Source of the DNA: Elusimicrobia bacterium GWA2_66_18
GTDB lineage: Bacteria > Elusimicrobiota > Elusimicrobia > UBA1565 > UBA9628
Reading direction: 5' to 3'
NCBI GenBank assembly: GCA_001799675.1
Contig: MGTX01000016.1
Span: forward strand, 9,876-73,875
Length of the DNA: 64,000 bases
A program made the position numbers and the translations under genes. This document shows positions 38,143 through 47,170 of this stretch, one piece after another. How positions within the stretch are numbered: position 1 is the stretch's first letter; each line of letters starts with the position of its first letter. Below the pieces are notes generated by a model. The model searched no databases and was not told the DNA's origin. It worked only from the letters and a program-made list of their open reading frames with translations.

Positions 38143-40443
38143 TTAATCCGCTCCCACGTAACGCGCGTAGCGCCGATGAAACGGCCACCGGCAAATCCGG
38201 TTGAGACTCTCGAGCGTGCGCAGCGCCCCCACGGCGCCCATCTCGAAGAGATCGAGCGAGAATTGGGATTTCCCGGCCCGCGCCAGCCTCGGGTCGGACG
38301 CATACTCCGAATAGACCGCCTCGAAACGGCCGCCCGCCAGCAGCGCCTCGAGATGCTCGGGGGTCTTGAAGAACGACAAGTGGGGAGACTCTCGTCCCGC
38401 TTGGCCGTAACACAGAACGTGGACCGCGAACCCCATCTCCCTGAGCAGGCGCAACAGCGGGATTCCCCACATCTGGGACGCGTCGGTCAGCCGTCCCGCG
38501 TGATGAGAGTCCACGACGAAGGCCAAGGCATGGCCGTTGGCCTCCCGCCGAGCGCGGTCCCAATCGCCGGATATCTCCCCGAAGGACTTCTCGAAAGCCG
38601 CGCGGACTTGGCGTTGGCGTCCGAACTCGCCGGCGACTCCCTTGAGCCAGGTCTTCGTCGCCTCCGGGCCGTAGGGCGCGGCGAGTCTCAGAGAACGGAT
38701 CGGCATCGGCGCGAAGAACTCGCGATAGGTCTCTTCGTAGGCGCCGTTCGGGTAGAGGACCTGGACCGGCGCCGCGAGGTAGCTCCGGGCGGCGTCCAAA
38801 TTCAGGAACGGCATCACGCGCGCTCGGACCTCCACGCCGGCCGCCTCCAGCAGGCGCACGACTTCCAGAAGGCTCCGGTTTTCCGGGAAACCCACCAGAT
38901 TGATTGCGCGCCTGCGCCGCCTGACCTTGGCAAAGGAAGGACTGTCGCGCATCTTCTTGAACAACTCAAGCCCCACGTCGGTGCATCCGCCGTTCTCGGC
39001 CGGATTCGAGTAAACGATGGGGACCTTCGTGCGCTCCTGCCAGCGCGCCGCCACCGCCGTCGCGTCGTCGCCGATCACCGTCGGGATGCAGGTCGAATGG
39101 ACGACGATCGCATCCGCACCGTCATGGCTCACCGCTTGGCCGAGGGCCTCGTCGAGCTTGCGGCCCCCGCCGTGGATGACGTCGATGTCCCTCAGGTCCG
39201 TCATGATCTCGCCGCCCGGCTCCTCGCCCGGCTCTTCGCCCGACTCTCCGCCCGGCGCGCAACCGGCATCCTGGCGCGGCCATGGAAACTTAAAGAAGGA
39301 CGGCAGGCTCGCGTCGTAGTAATCCGGAGTGGAGTAGGCGCATTCCAGATCCTGATGCCGGACGTCGATCGTAGCGGCCCTTATCTCCAAATGCCTCTTG
39401 GCGTGACGGCGAGTCTCGAAATCGCAGAAAAAGCGACGCCACTGATCCTCACTCCCCCAGACCTGGGAATTCTGGCCCGGATTGTTGTCCCAAAGAGACG
39501 CCTGCCAGGATAAATCCGCCTCGACATCCGGCCCCCTCTCCGGTCTTTGTTCCCCTGAGCGCCGCTCAACCGGTTGAGGGAGCGACGAAACGGACGGGCG
39601 CTCCGACGGCGCCTGAGGAACGTCGATGAAAGCTCTCCGGGACGACTCATGGAACTGCTCGTCTGTAATAGGAGAGGGGACCTTCGCGGTGGTACGGTCG
39701 AATTTCCACAGTTCCTGCGCCAGCAAACTTACGCGTCGCGACATCTCAGCGTCGGGGGCGTGTTCGACAAGGGTCCGGCGCCGATACTCCGCCTCACGGA
39801 CGGCGGCCTCTCGAGTAAAAAAAGAGAGGACCTTCGTCCCGATCAGCGCCGCCAGGCGCTCGACGGCCTTGATATCGGCCCCCGGGTCGCGGAGATTGGC
39901 GACCAGACCGCAGAGGGCGACGCCGTTGGCGCTGTAATTGCGGATGGCGCGGGCGATATTGTTTGCCGCATAGAGGGCCATGAGCTCTTCGGACGTCACG
40001 ATGACGACCTTGTCGGCAAATCCTTGCCGCAGCGGGGCCGCGAACCCCCCGCAGACGACGTCTCCCAGGACGTCGAAGAGCGCAACGTCATAGCGGTCCT
40101 CCCGCAGGATTCCCGCCCCCTCCAACAGTTCGATCATGCGCGAGATTCCTCTCCCCGCGCAGCCGATGCCTGGTTCCGGCCCCCCCGCCTCGATGCAGTC
40201 GACGCCCAGCCTGCCTCGCACCAGAATCTGGGAAAGATCTGATCCACGCGAGTCCATGAAGGCCGACTGCTCGACGACGGTGCGGATGGGTTTGCCGTCC
40301 GTCAGAGCGACGGTCGTGTCGTGCTTGGGATCGCACCCGACGAGGAGGACCCGCTTCCCCTGCCGGGCATAAACGGCCGCGAGGTTGGCCGACAGCGTGG
40401 ACTTGCCGATGCCGCCCTTGCCGAAGATCGTTATCCGTTGCAT
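38143..40443 (-). CDS. Fusion of NifH/BchL-like ATPase with a NifD/NifE/BchN-like component-1 domain (set A)
   Basis: N-terminal FGKGGIGKST, CDPKHD, GIGCAGRGI (cluster Cys) and DVLGDVVCGGFAAP (cluster Cys). An acidic/Gly-rich linker follows, then a ~420-aa domain with the IVVHSTCIPTVIGDD block paralogous to the standalone NifD-like genes; 766 aa. Confidence 0.8.
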   Translation of the reverse strand: MQRITIFGKGGIGKSTLSANLAAVYARQGKRVLLVGCDPKHDTTVALTDGKPIRTVVEQSAFMDSRGSDLSQILVRGRLGVDCIEAGGPEPGIGCAGRGISRMIELLEGAGILREDRYDVALFDVLGDVVCGGFAAPLRQGFADKVVIVTSEELMALYAANNIARAIRNYSANGVALCGLVANLRDPGADIKAVERLAALIGTKVLSFFTREAAVREAEYRRRTLVEHAPDAEMSRRVSLLAQELWKFDRTTAKVPSPITDEQFHESSRRAFIDVPQAPSERPSVSSLPQPVERRSGEQRPERGPDVEADLSWQASLWDNNPGQNSQVWGSEDQWRRFFCDFETRRHAKRHLEIRAATIDVRHQDLECAYSTPDYYDASLPSFFKFPWPRQDAGCAPGGESGEEPGEEPGGEIMTDLRDIDVIHGGGRKLDEALGQAVSHDGADAIVVHSTCIPTVIGDDATAVAARWQERTKVPIVYSNPAENGGCTDVGLELFKKMRDSPSFAKVRRRRRAINLVGFPENRSLLEVVRLLEAAGVEVRARVMPFLNLDAARSYLAAPVQVLYPNGAYEETYREFFAPMPIRSLRLAAPYGPEATKTWLKGVAGEFGRQRQVRAAFEKSFGEISGDWDRARREANGHALAFVVDSHHAGRLTDASQMWGIPLLRLLREMGFAVHVLCYGQAGRESPHLSFFKTPEHLEALLAGGRFEAVYSEYASDPRLARAGKSQFSLDLFEMGAVGALRTLESLNRICRWPFHRRYARYVGAD

Positions 40444-40454
40444 GTCTCCCCCTC

Positions 40455-42371
40455 TTAGTGACGACGTGGCGGGACGCGGGAGGCGCGTTCTTTCGCTTCC
40501 GAAATCTGCCGGCCGCTCATCCGGGAACCCAACGTCTCCATGGACCGGCGGGCCTTCTCATGCCCTTGCGCCGAAGCGAGGAGGTACCACTTGTAGGCTT
40601 CCACGTGGTCTTGAGGCACGCCGCCTCCGGACTCGCAGAGAAAACCCAACGCCGCCTGGGCGTCCATGCTGCCTTGCTCGGCGGCTTTTCTGTACCAGAA
40701 AAAGGCGCTGGCTTCGTCCTTCGCGACGCCCTGGCCTCCCGCGTACATGAACCCCAGATTGTTTTGAGCTCGGGCGTCCCCGCGACCTCCGGCCTTGTGG
40801 TACCATCGCGCCGCTTTGGCGTAATCGCGCGTCACGCCGTCGCCGTTGTAATAGATGTTCCCCGCGTTGAACTGGGCCTCGGTCTTCCCCGCCCGGGCGG
40901 CCCCCAGGAACCACTTCAGAGCCTTGCCATAATCCCTCCGGTCGTAATACATGACCCCCAGATTGTTCTGCGCGTCGATATCGCCTTGAGCGGCGGCCTT
41001 GTTGTACCAAACGATGGCCTTGGAGGAATCCTGCCTCACCCCCCGGCCGAAACTGTACATCTCTCCAAGTCGGTATTGAGCGAGGGGGTCGCCCTTCGTG
41101 GCGGCTGAAAAAAACGATTCGAGAACCTGTTCGTATCGACCGTTCTTGTAAGCGGCGTCGGCCTCCCCAAGAGTGGCGGCCCAAGAGGTCCCTGCTGCGC
41201 AGACGACCGCGATCAAAAGGATCGCAATCCTGCGGAATGCGCGGAGCCCCTTTGGGACGGGGATCATCGCCGCGAAGCCCTTCTCGCGGATCTCCCGCAC
41301 GCTCATCCCGCCGCAGCGCGCCTCCAGGGCGCAACCACGGCATTGCGACGCCTTCAGGAAGTAACGGGACTCGATGTAGAACCGGGCGAAGGAGAAGATG
41401 TCGGGCTTCTTGCCGAAACGGAAGGGCTCCGCCTTCCCCTCCGGGCGCAGGCAGAGAGGGCCGACCTTGGCCGGCAGGCGGCCGTCCTTGACGCACAGAG
41501 CGAGGTCGCTGCAGAAATCCCGGAGGAAACAATGCCGGCAGGCGTCTCCGGAGCAGCTGGGATATCTCCCCGCATTGAGGTAGCGCGCGAAGATGCGCCG
41601 GCGGCCGCGGACCTCATCGAGGATCTTCGCCGGCGGCTGGATGAGGGATTCAAAATCCTCCAGATGCTCGGGCCTCAGGCGGTTGGTCCAGATGTGCAGA
41701 TCGGGACGGCGGCTGAGCTCGAGCGCGCGATGGAGGCGCGCCAGGTTCTCCGGCCGGGAGAAGTCGCAATGGAGCTCCGAACGGTTCTTCCAGGCATCGC
41801 CGAAGGGGACCAGGGCCAGCAAGTCGAACTCCCCGACTCCCAGGCCGATGCAGAAGTCGAGATGCTCGCGCAGGACAGGCAGGTTCAGCTTGTTGATGAC
41901 GACATCCACGCTCACGATAAGCCCCGGAGTGGCTACCGCAGCCCGCAGGCCCGAGAGCGCCTGGACGAAAGATCCGGGGACCTGAGTCAACCGGTCATGC
42001 AGGGCGGGCGTGTTGCCGTGCAAGGAGAAGGTGACCTCCTTTAAGCCCGCCGCGACGGCCCTCTTGAGGAAATCGGGATAGCAGAACCTGCGGCCGTTGG
42101 TAATCGTCTGGATATGAGTGTAGCCCAGTTCGCGCGCCAGCTCCACGATCTCGATAAACTCGGGGTGGATGGTGGCTTCGCCGCCGCTGAGCACCACGCG
42201 GCGCAGCCCCTGTTTGAGGCCGGTGAGCAGGGATCTCCTCAGGGACGCGAGCGGGACGACGCCTCCGGTCTGCGCGAAACGGTCCAGGCAGAAGATGCAG
42301 CGCTGGTTGCAGTACCGGGTGAGCCGGACCCAGTGCCGTTTTTCGTAAGCGCCTTCTCCGTTGTCGCTCAT
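40455..42371 (-). CDS. Radical SAM/SPASM enzyme fused to a TM helix and C-terminal Sel1-like repeats
   Basis: Starts at MSDNGEGAY (ATG 42371..42369). RYCNQRCIFC, SGGEAT, and SPASM-like CRHCFLRDFC and CRGCALEARCGG. Then a hydrophobic helix (IAILLIAVVCAAGTSWA) and about seven Sel1 repeats (AQYRLGEMYSFGRGV...). Confidence 0.75.
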   Translation of the reverse strand: MSDNGEGAYEKRHWVRLTRYCNQRCIFCLDRFAQTGGVVPLASLRRSLLTGLKQGLRRVVLSGGEATIHPEFIEIVELARELGYTHIQTITNGRRFCYPDFLKRAVAAGLKEVTFSLHGNTPALHDRLTQVPGSFVQALSGLRAAVATPGLIVSVDVVINKLNLPVLREHLDFCIGLGVGEFDLLALVPFGDAWKNRSELHCDFSRPENLARLHRALELSRRPDLHIWTNRLRPEHLEDFESLIQPPAKILDEVRGRRRIFARYLNAGRYPSCSGDACRHCFLRDFCSDLALCVKDGRLPAKVGPLCLRPEGKAEPFRFGKKPDIFSFARFYIESRYFLKASQCRGCALEARCGGMSVREIREKGFAAMIPVPKGLRAFRRIAILLIAVVCAAGTSWAATLGEADAAYKNGRYEQVLESFFSAATKGDPLAQYRLGEMYSFGRGVRQDSSKAIVWYNKAAAQGDIDAQNNLGVMYYDRRDYGKALKWFLGAARAGKTEAQFNAGNIYYNGDGVTRDYAKAARWYHKAGGRGDARAQNNLGFMYAGGQGVAKDEASAFFWYRKAAEQGSMDAQAALGFLCESGGGVPQDHVEAYKWYLLASAQGHEKARRSMETLGSRMSGRQISEAKERASRVPPRRH

Positions 42372-43651
42372 GCGCCTTCCGCCTGCGCCGCTTGCTCGGC
42401 CACGGAAGGCGGCTGTTCCTGGTTCATGCCCCGCGAGACCTCGTTGGCCACGCGCGACAGGAAGCCCAAGGCGCCCTGAAATCCCAGGAACGGCTCGTCG
42501 CGCAGGAAGTGAGTGTCTTCCGAGGGATATCCGAACTCCAGCCACTTCGGACCGCGGTGGACCTGGGAGAAGGCAAACGCGCTGCCGACGATAAGATCCG
42601 CCCCTCCCTCCCGGCGCGCGAGTTCGCCCCATCGCTCGCGGATCTCGCTGGGAAGCGGTTCGAAGATCGTGCCCGGGCGGCGCTCCAGGGACTGTCTCTG
42701 GGCCTCAGGAAGATGATAGGCCCCTCCGATCACGATCGTGCCCGCGATCCTCCCTCCCAGGTCCTCGATCTGTTCGGCGAAGCAGAGCGCGTAATGAGGG
42801 TCGCCGGAAAAGGCGAAAGTCCGGTTCAAGAAGACGTGGGGCACGCTCCACGCCAGGCGAGGCGCCACTTCGTCGAGCTCGGCGGCGATGAAGGCCTGCG
42901 CCTGATCCTCGCGGCCGAACTCCCGGCCGAGGAGATCGACGAAGCGCCGGGTCGCCTCCAGGCCGAACGGCAGACCCGCCTCGATGAGTCGCGCGCCCAG
43001 GCGTTTCGACAGGATCTTCGCGGCCTTGCGGCCGTAGGGCATCGAGACGACGGCTGCGGCCCGGCGCACGTCGCGCAGACGTTCGTAGGGCCGGCCGGAC
43101 AGCCAAATCGAGACGGGCTCCAGGCCCAACGCCCGGACGATCCGCTCGAGTTCCTTGAGGTTGCCCAGATGGTCGCCTTCATTGCGGTCCATCAAATAGC
43201 CCACGAGGGCGACGTTCCGGGACTTCGGCTTGGCGCCCGAAAGGTCCATGCCGGCCGCCATCGCCTCCATGATCGAAGCGTAGCCGTCCAGCCAATCGCC
43301 CGACACGGCGGAACGCCGCGGCATGGTGAAGGAGGGCTTGTCGGACCCGGCCAGGGCCTCGCGTAGGATGCGGTCGTAATCCGTGCCGACGATGGAGCAC
43401 ATCGGCATCGAGCCCATGAAGACCACGCCGCAGTCGGGAAAGGCCGCCATGCGCCGCAAGGAGGCGGCGATGTCGCCTTCGCAGTCCCCGGCGATGTTGA
43501 AGACGTTGACCCCCGTGTGCTGAATCCGGTGGCGGCTGTCGCAGGACAAGAGCGTCGAGAAGAGATCGTGACGGCCGTGGATGTGCGCGGCCTTGTCGAA
43601 AATGCAGCTGGGACCGTCGCCCAAAAAGAATGCGTCCGGAACGGCGTTCAA
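42368..43651 (-). CDS. Nitrogenase component-1-like protein, NifK/NifN-like (set B)
   Basis: 427 aa, paralog of 36865..38142 (shared blocks WLDGYA, MDRNEGDH, ERPFLGF). Confidence 0.6.
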   Translation of the reverse strand: MNAVPDAFFLGDGPSCIFDKAAHIHGRHDLFSTLLSCDSRHRIQHTGVNVFNIAGDCEGDIAASLRRMAAFPDCGVVFMGSMPMCSIVGTDYDRILREALAGSDKPSFTMPRRSAVSGDWLDGYASIMEAMAAGMDLSGAKPKSRNVALVGYLMDRNEGDHLGNLKELERIVRALGLEPVSIWLSGRPYERLRDVRRAAAVVSMPYGRKAAKILSKRLGARLIEAGLPFGLEATRRFVDLLGREFGREDQAQAFIAAELDEVAPRLAWSVPHVFLNRTFAFSGDPHYALCFAEQIEDLGGRIAGTIVIGGAYHLPEAQRQSLERRPGTIFEPLPSEIRERWGELARREGGADLIVGSAFAFSQVHRGPKWLEFGYPSEDTHFLRDEPFLGFQGALGFLSRVANEVSRGMNQEQPPSVAEQAAQAEGA

Positions 43652-43700
43652 GGCGAGATACGCTCCCTGGAGATAGGGGATGTTGATGCGGACTCCGATC

Positions 43701-45392
43701 CTATGCGATATAGCTGACTCCGCGCGGCCCGGCCAGATGGGAGGCGTAGCGACGGAAGAACGGCAGACGGCAGATGGAGAGGAGTTTCTGGAAAGTCCGC
43801 ATCGCGCCGCCTAGGCCCATCTCGAAATCCTTGCTGGCGAAGCGCGCCTTGCCGGCCCTCATGACGCGCCAGTCGAAGACGACGTCCGAGTAGACGGCGC
43901 GAAAGCCCCCCTCGCGCAGGGCCCGCTCCAGCTCCCAAGGAGTTCTGAAGATCGTCACGCGCGCGTCCTCGAGTCCGGCCGGGAGCTTGGGTCCGGCGCC
44001 GTGGAGGTCGTAGAAAAGGATGTCGACGGCGAACCCCATCTCCCGCGCCATCTTCGCCAGAGGCGCGCCGTGCCCGTAACGCAAGGTCATCAGGCGCGGC
44101 AAGGTCGCCTCCGAGGCGACGAAGGCGAGGCTGTAGCCCGACGCCTCCTTTTTCATCGCTTCCCAGGCGGGCAGAAAATTCACGGTCGCCTCGGCCCAGG
44201 CCGCGGCGAACTCAGGCTCCCTGCCGGCGGCGACGGCGATGCCCCTCAGGCACTCGCGCGTCCCCTCGACGCCGTAGGGAGCGCGCACGGAGATGACCGG
44301 GCGGGAGGTCTGAGCCAGGATCTCATGGACCTTGGTCGGGTAAGAACTCCGCTCGCAGAAGATCTGCCAGACCGCCTTGGGCAGGTCGTCGAGGACGGAG
44401 AGGCTGACGTCGGGCAGAACGCAGATGTTGGTCTTGAGGCCGAGCTTCTTCAAGAAGGGGAGAAGCTCGGAGTCGCGATAGCTGGGCGGGAAATGGAAGA
44501 GGTTGACGGCCAGGGCGTCGGCCGGCGCGTCGAAGAAGCCGGGACGTCCCAACAAGGCGCGGAAATGCTCCCCGAAGTTGTCGTTCTCGTCGCGGTCCTT
44601 CTGGCTCCAGCGCACCGAGGTTCCTCCGACCTCAGCCTCGCAGCGCCGCGCCAATCCCTGGAAGTCCTCTCCCATGATGATGGGCGTGCACAGATGGGTG
44701 AAGAGGAGGTAGTTCCCGGTCTTGGCTCGCTTGCGGACCTCGGCCACCAGGGCGTCGGCCCTCTCGCCGGTGCCCATGATCATGTCGCGTTCGGCGAGTT
44801 CGGTCACGATGGAGGAATCACGGCCGTCGCCGCTCGACCCGCTCTCGCTCTCCTGGGGCCAATCCAGGAAGGTCCACTTTTTGAAGCTGCGATGAGGCCG
44901 AGCATAATAGCACTCGAGATCGGCATACTCGATGTTCACCGTATGCGGGTCGGAACACGAGGGCACTCCCAACAGAACCTCGAAGTCCTGGTCCGCGTAG
45001 AAGTTGCGCCAGCCAGCCTCCAGAAGTCCGATGGGCTGGCCGATGCAGGGGACCTTGACGCGGTCGCCGTCCTGGCCGGGCACGACGTCTTCGACGAAGG
45101 ACCGGGGATCCTCCTCGAGCATGCGGGCGACGCTCTCGAAACGGCGGGATCCGAGCCGCGCGGCCGCGACTTCGAGGAACTTCATGACGGCCGTTCCGGC
45201 GTCGCCTTCCGCTCTCAACGAAAGACCGGGTGCCGAAAGCTGCGCCCCGGGCGCGTTGCGGGGCAGGAGATGGAAGACCAGGCGATGATCGCCGTGGCGC
45301 AGACGCAGGCAGATGTTCTCCTTGCCCAGCCCGCAAAGCCCTTCCAGCCGCCATCCCTTCCGCGGGGCCTTGAGGCCCAGCAGGGCCCCCAT
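43701..45392 (-). CDS. Nitrogenase component-1-like protein, NifD/NifE-like (set B)
   Basis: Paralogous to the C-terminal domain of the 38143..40443 fusion (LFTHLCTPIIMGED vs IVVHSTCIPTVIGDD; C-terminal FEMG...ICRLPFFRRYA). Start uncertain: the track ORF runs to 45887, but that region overlaps the upstream nifH-like gene. Confidence 0.6.
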   Translation of the reverse strand: MGALLGLKAPRKGWRLEGLCGLGKENICLRLRHGDHRLVFHLLPRNAPGAQLSAPGLSLRAEGDAGTAVMKFLEVAAARLGSRRFESVARMLEEDPRSFVEDVVPGQDGDRVKVPCIGQPIGLLEAGWRNFYADQDFEVLLGVPSCSDPHTVNIEYADLECYYARPHRSFKKWTFLDWPQESESGSSGDGRDSSIVTELAERDMIMGTGERADALVAEVRKRAKTGNYLLFTHLCTPIIMGEDFQGLARRCEAEVGGTSVRWSQKDRDENDNFGEHFRALLGRPGFFDAPADALAVNLFHFPPSYRDSELLPFLKKLGLKTNICVLPDVSLSVLDDLPKAVWQIFCERSSYPTKVHEILAQTSRPVISVRAPYGVEGTRECLRGIAVAAGREPEFAAAWAEATVNFLPAWEAMKKEASGYSLAFVASEATLPRLMTLRYGHGAPLAKMAREMGFAVDILFYDLHGAGPKLPAGLEDARVTIFRTPWELERALREGGFRAVYSDVVFDWRVMRAGKARFASKDFEMGLGGAMRTFQKLLSICRLPFFRRYASHLAGPRGVSYIA

Positions 45393-45466
45393 CGACGCCA
45401 GCGCCCGCGGACCCGCCGAGATGTGCCGAACCGTCGGCGGGACCTTCGCTTCTCGTCCAGGGATCT

Positions 45467-46297
45467 TCACCACGGCTGGTAGAACCGGCGGTCGTCCATC
45501 GGCGTCGGAACGGGGCAATCCTGCTTGCGAATGGCGAGGATCTTCGCGGCGAGCGCTTTGATGCTCTTGGCGAACGGCGACTTGGGAGCGCGCTCTACGA
45601 CGGTGTTCTTGCGGGCGAACTCCGCCTCGCGCACGGCCGGGTCGCGCGGCACGAACTCCAGGATGCGCGTGCCGAGGATCTTGGCGAAACGCTCGATGCG
45701 CCCGCGTTCCACCTTGCCGTCCTTGAGGTTGGCCACCAGGCCCGCGAGATAAACCCCGTTCGAAGCGTAGGTCTTGACCGACTTGGCGATGTTGTTGGCG
45801 GCGTAGAGCGCCATCAGCTCCTCTGAGACCACGATCACGATCTTCTCCGCGAAGCCCTTGCGCAGAGGCGCGGCGAAGCCTCCGCACACCACGTCTCCGA
45901 GGACGTCGAAGACCCGGGCGTCATAGCCCCCCTCCTTCAGGACTCCCAGGTCCTGGAGCGCTTCGAGCATCAGGGAGATCCCGCGCCCCGCGCAGCCCAC
46001 CCCCGGCTCCGGCCCGCCGGCCTCGACGCAGTCGATGCCGAGGCGGCCCTTGACCATGAGGTCGGAAGTCTTGAGTTCTCCATGATCGCGCACGCCGAAG
46101 ATGCGGGCGTACTTCTCCATGAAGGTCTCTATGAGCTCGCCATCAACGAGTCCCAGCGTGGAATCATGCTTGGGGTCGCAGCCGACATGGAGCACCTTGA
46201 GGCCCTGGAGGGCGTAGATCGAGCTCAGGTTCGAGGAGATGGTCGACTTGCCGATTCCGCCCTTGCCGAAGACGACGATGTTGTTCTGCATGCTCAC
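45467..46297 (-). CDS. NifH/BchL-family Fe-protein-like ATPase (copy 2)
   Basis: FGKGGIGKST, CDPKHDST, GVGCAGRGI, DVLGDVVCGGFAAP; 276 aa. Confidence 0.85.
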   Translation of the reverse strand: MSMQNNIVVFGKGGIGKSTISSNLSSIYALQGLKVLHVGCDPKHDSTLGLVDGELIETFMEKYARIFGVRDHGELKTSDLMVKGRLGIDCVEAGGPEPGVGCAGRGISLMLEALQDLGVLKEGGYDARVFDVLGDVVCGGFAAPLRKGFAEKIVIVVSEELMALYAANNIAKSVKTYASNGVYLAGLVANLKDGKVERGRIERFAKILGTRILEFVPRDPAVREAEFARKNTVVERAPKSPFAKSIKALAAKILAIRKQDCPVPTPMDDRRFYQPW

Positions 46298-47166
46298 GCG
46301 CGATTCCTTTTCTTGCCGGCGCAGACCGGGCCCGGCCGAGAGACCCGGTTCTCGCGCACGAACGACTGGAACTCCTCGCTCGACATCGGGCGAACCTTCG
46401 CACCGGGGACCGCGCCGCGACGCGCGGCGATGGACGCCGCCAGCGCGGCGAAACGCCCCGCGGCCCGCTTGCCCGGCTTATGATCGAAGACCGTCACGCC
46501 GTCTTCTTCCGCGTCGAGGATGGCCGGATCGCGCAGCATGACGGCCGCGATGGGCACGCCCAGGCGCGCGGCGAAGGCCTCGAGGACCTCCCGCCTCGCG
46601 TCGTTCTGACGCAGGTTGAAGATGATGCCCCCCACCGAGACGCCCTGGAGGTACGGCTCGGCCGCCACGCGCACGATGTTGTTGGCCGCGAACAGGGACG
46701 CCGTCTCTTCAGAGGAGACGATGTAGACGTCGCGGCCGAAGCCGAAGCGCAGAGGCGCGACGAACCCGCCGCAGACGAGATCTCCTAGGACGTCGAAGAT
46801 GAGGGTGTCGTAGCCGCTGAGCTCGCGCGCGTGCTCCTCGAGGTACTGGCACAGCGTGGCCACGCTGCGCCCTCCGCAGCCCTGACCCGGCTGAGGACCT
46901 CCGGTCTCGAGGATGTCAAGTCCGGGACGGCTGCGCACCGCCAGTTCCTGGAAGCGATATCCTTTGAGTCCGGTCACCATATCCACGATGGTCGGCGGGC
47001 GCTTGCCGCCGAGCAGGCGCAGGGAGGTGTCGGCCTTGGGATCGCAGCCCAGCAGGAGGACTTTGCGCCCCTCTCGGGCGAAACACATCGCCAAGTGGGC
47101 GCACATGGTGGACTTGCCTACCCCGCCCTTGCCGTAGACGACGAGCGTCATTGGACCAGTCCTCAT
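46294..47166 (-). CDS. NifH/BchL-family Fe-protein-like ATPase (copy 3, more divergent)
   Basis: YGKGGVGKST, CDPKADTS, GQGCGGRSV, DVLGDLVCGGFVAP; 290 aa; 4-nt overlap with copy 2. Confidence 0.85.
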   Translation of the reverse strand: MRTGPMTLVVYGKGGVGKSTMCAHLAMCFAREGRKVLLLGCDPKADTSLRLLGGKRPPTIVDMVTGLKGYRFQELAVRSRPGLDILETGGPQPGQGCGGRSVATLCQYLEEHARELSGYDTLIFDVLGDLVCGGFVAPLRFGFGRDVYIVSSEETASLFAANNIVRVAAEPYLQGVSVGGIIFNLRQNDARREVLEAFAARLGVPIAAVMLRDPAILDAEEDGVTVFDHKPGKRAAGRFAALAASIAARRGAVPGAKVRPMSSEEFQSFVRENRVSRPGPVCAGKKRNRA

Positions 47167-47170
47167 GGCC

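Noticed and set aside
37912-39513. 533-aa plus-strand ORF, and similar ones at 44001..45482, 47165..48415, 48367..49281
   Set aside because: Antisense to the NifH/NifD/NifK-like genes. No motifs and biased composition.
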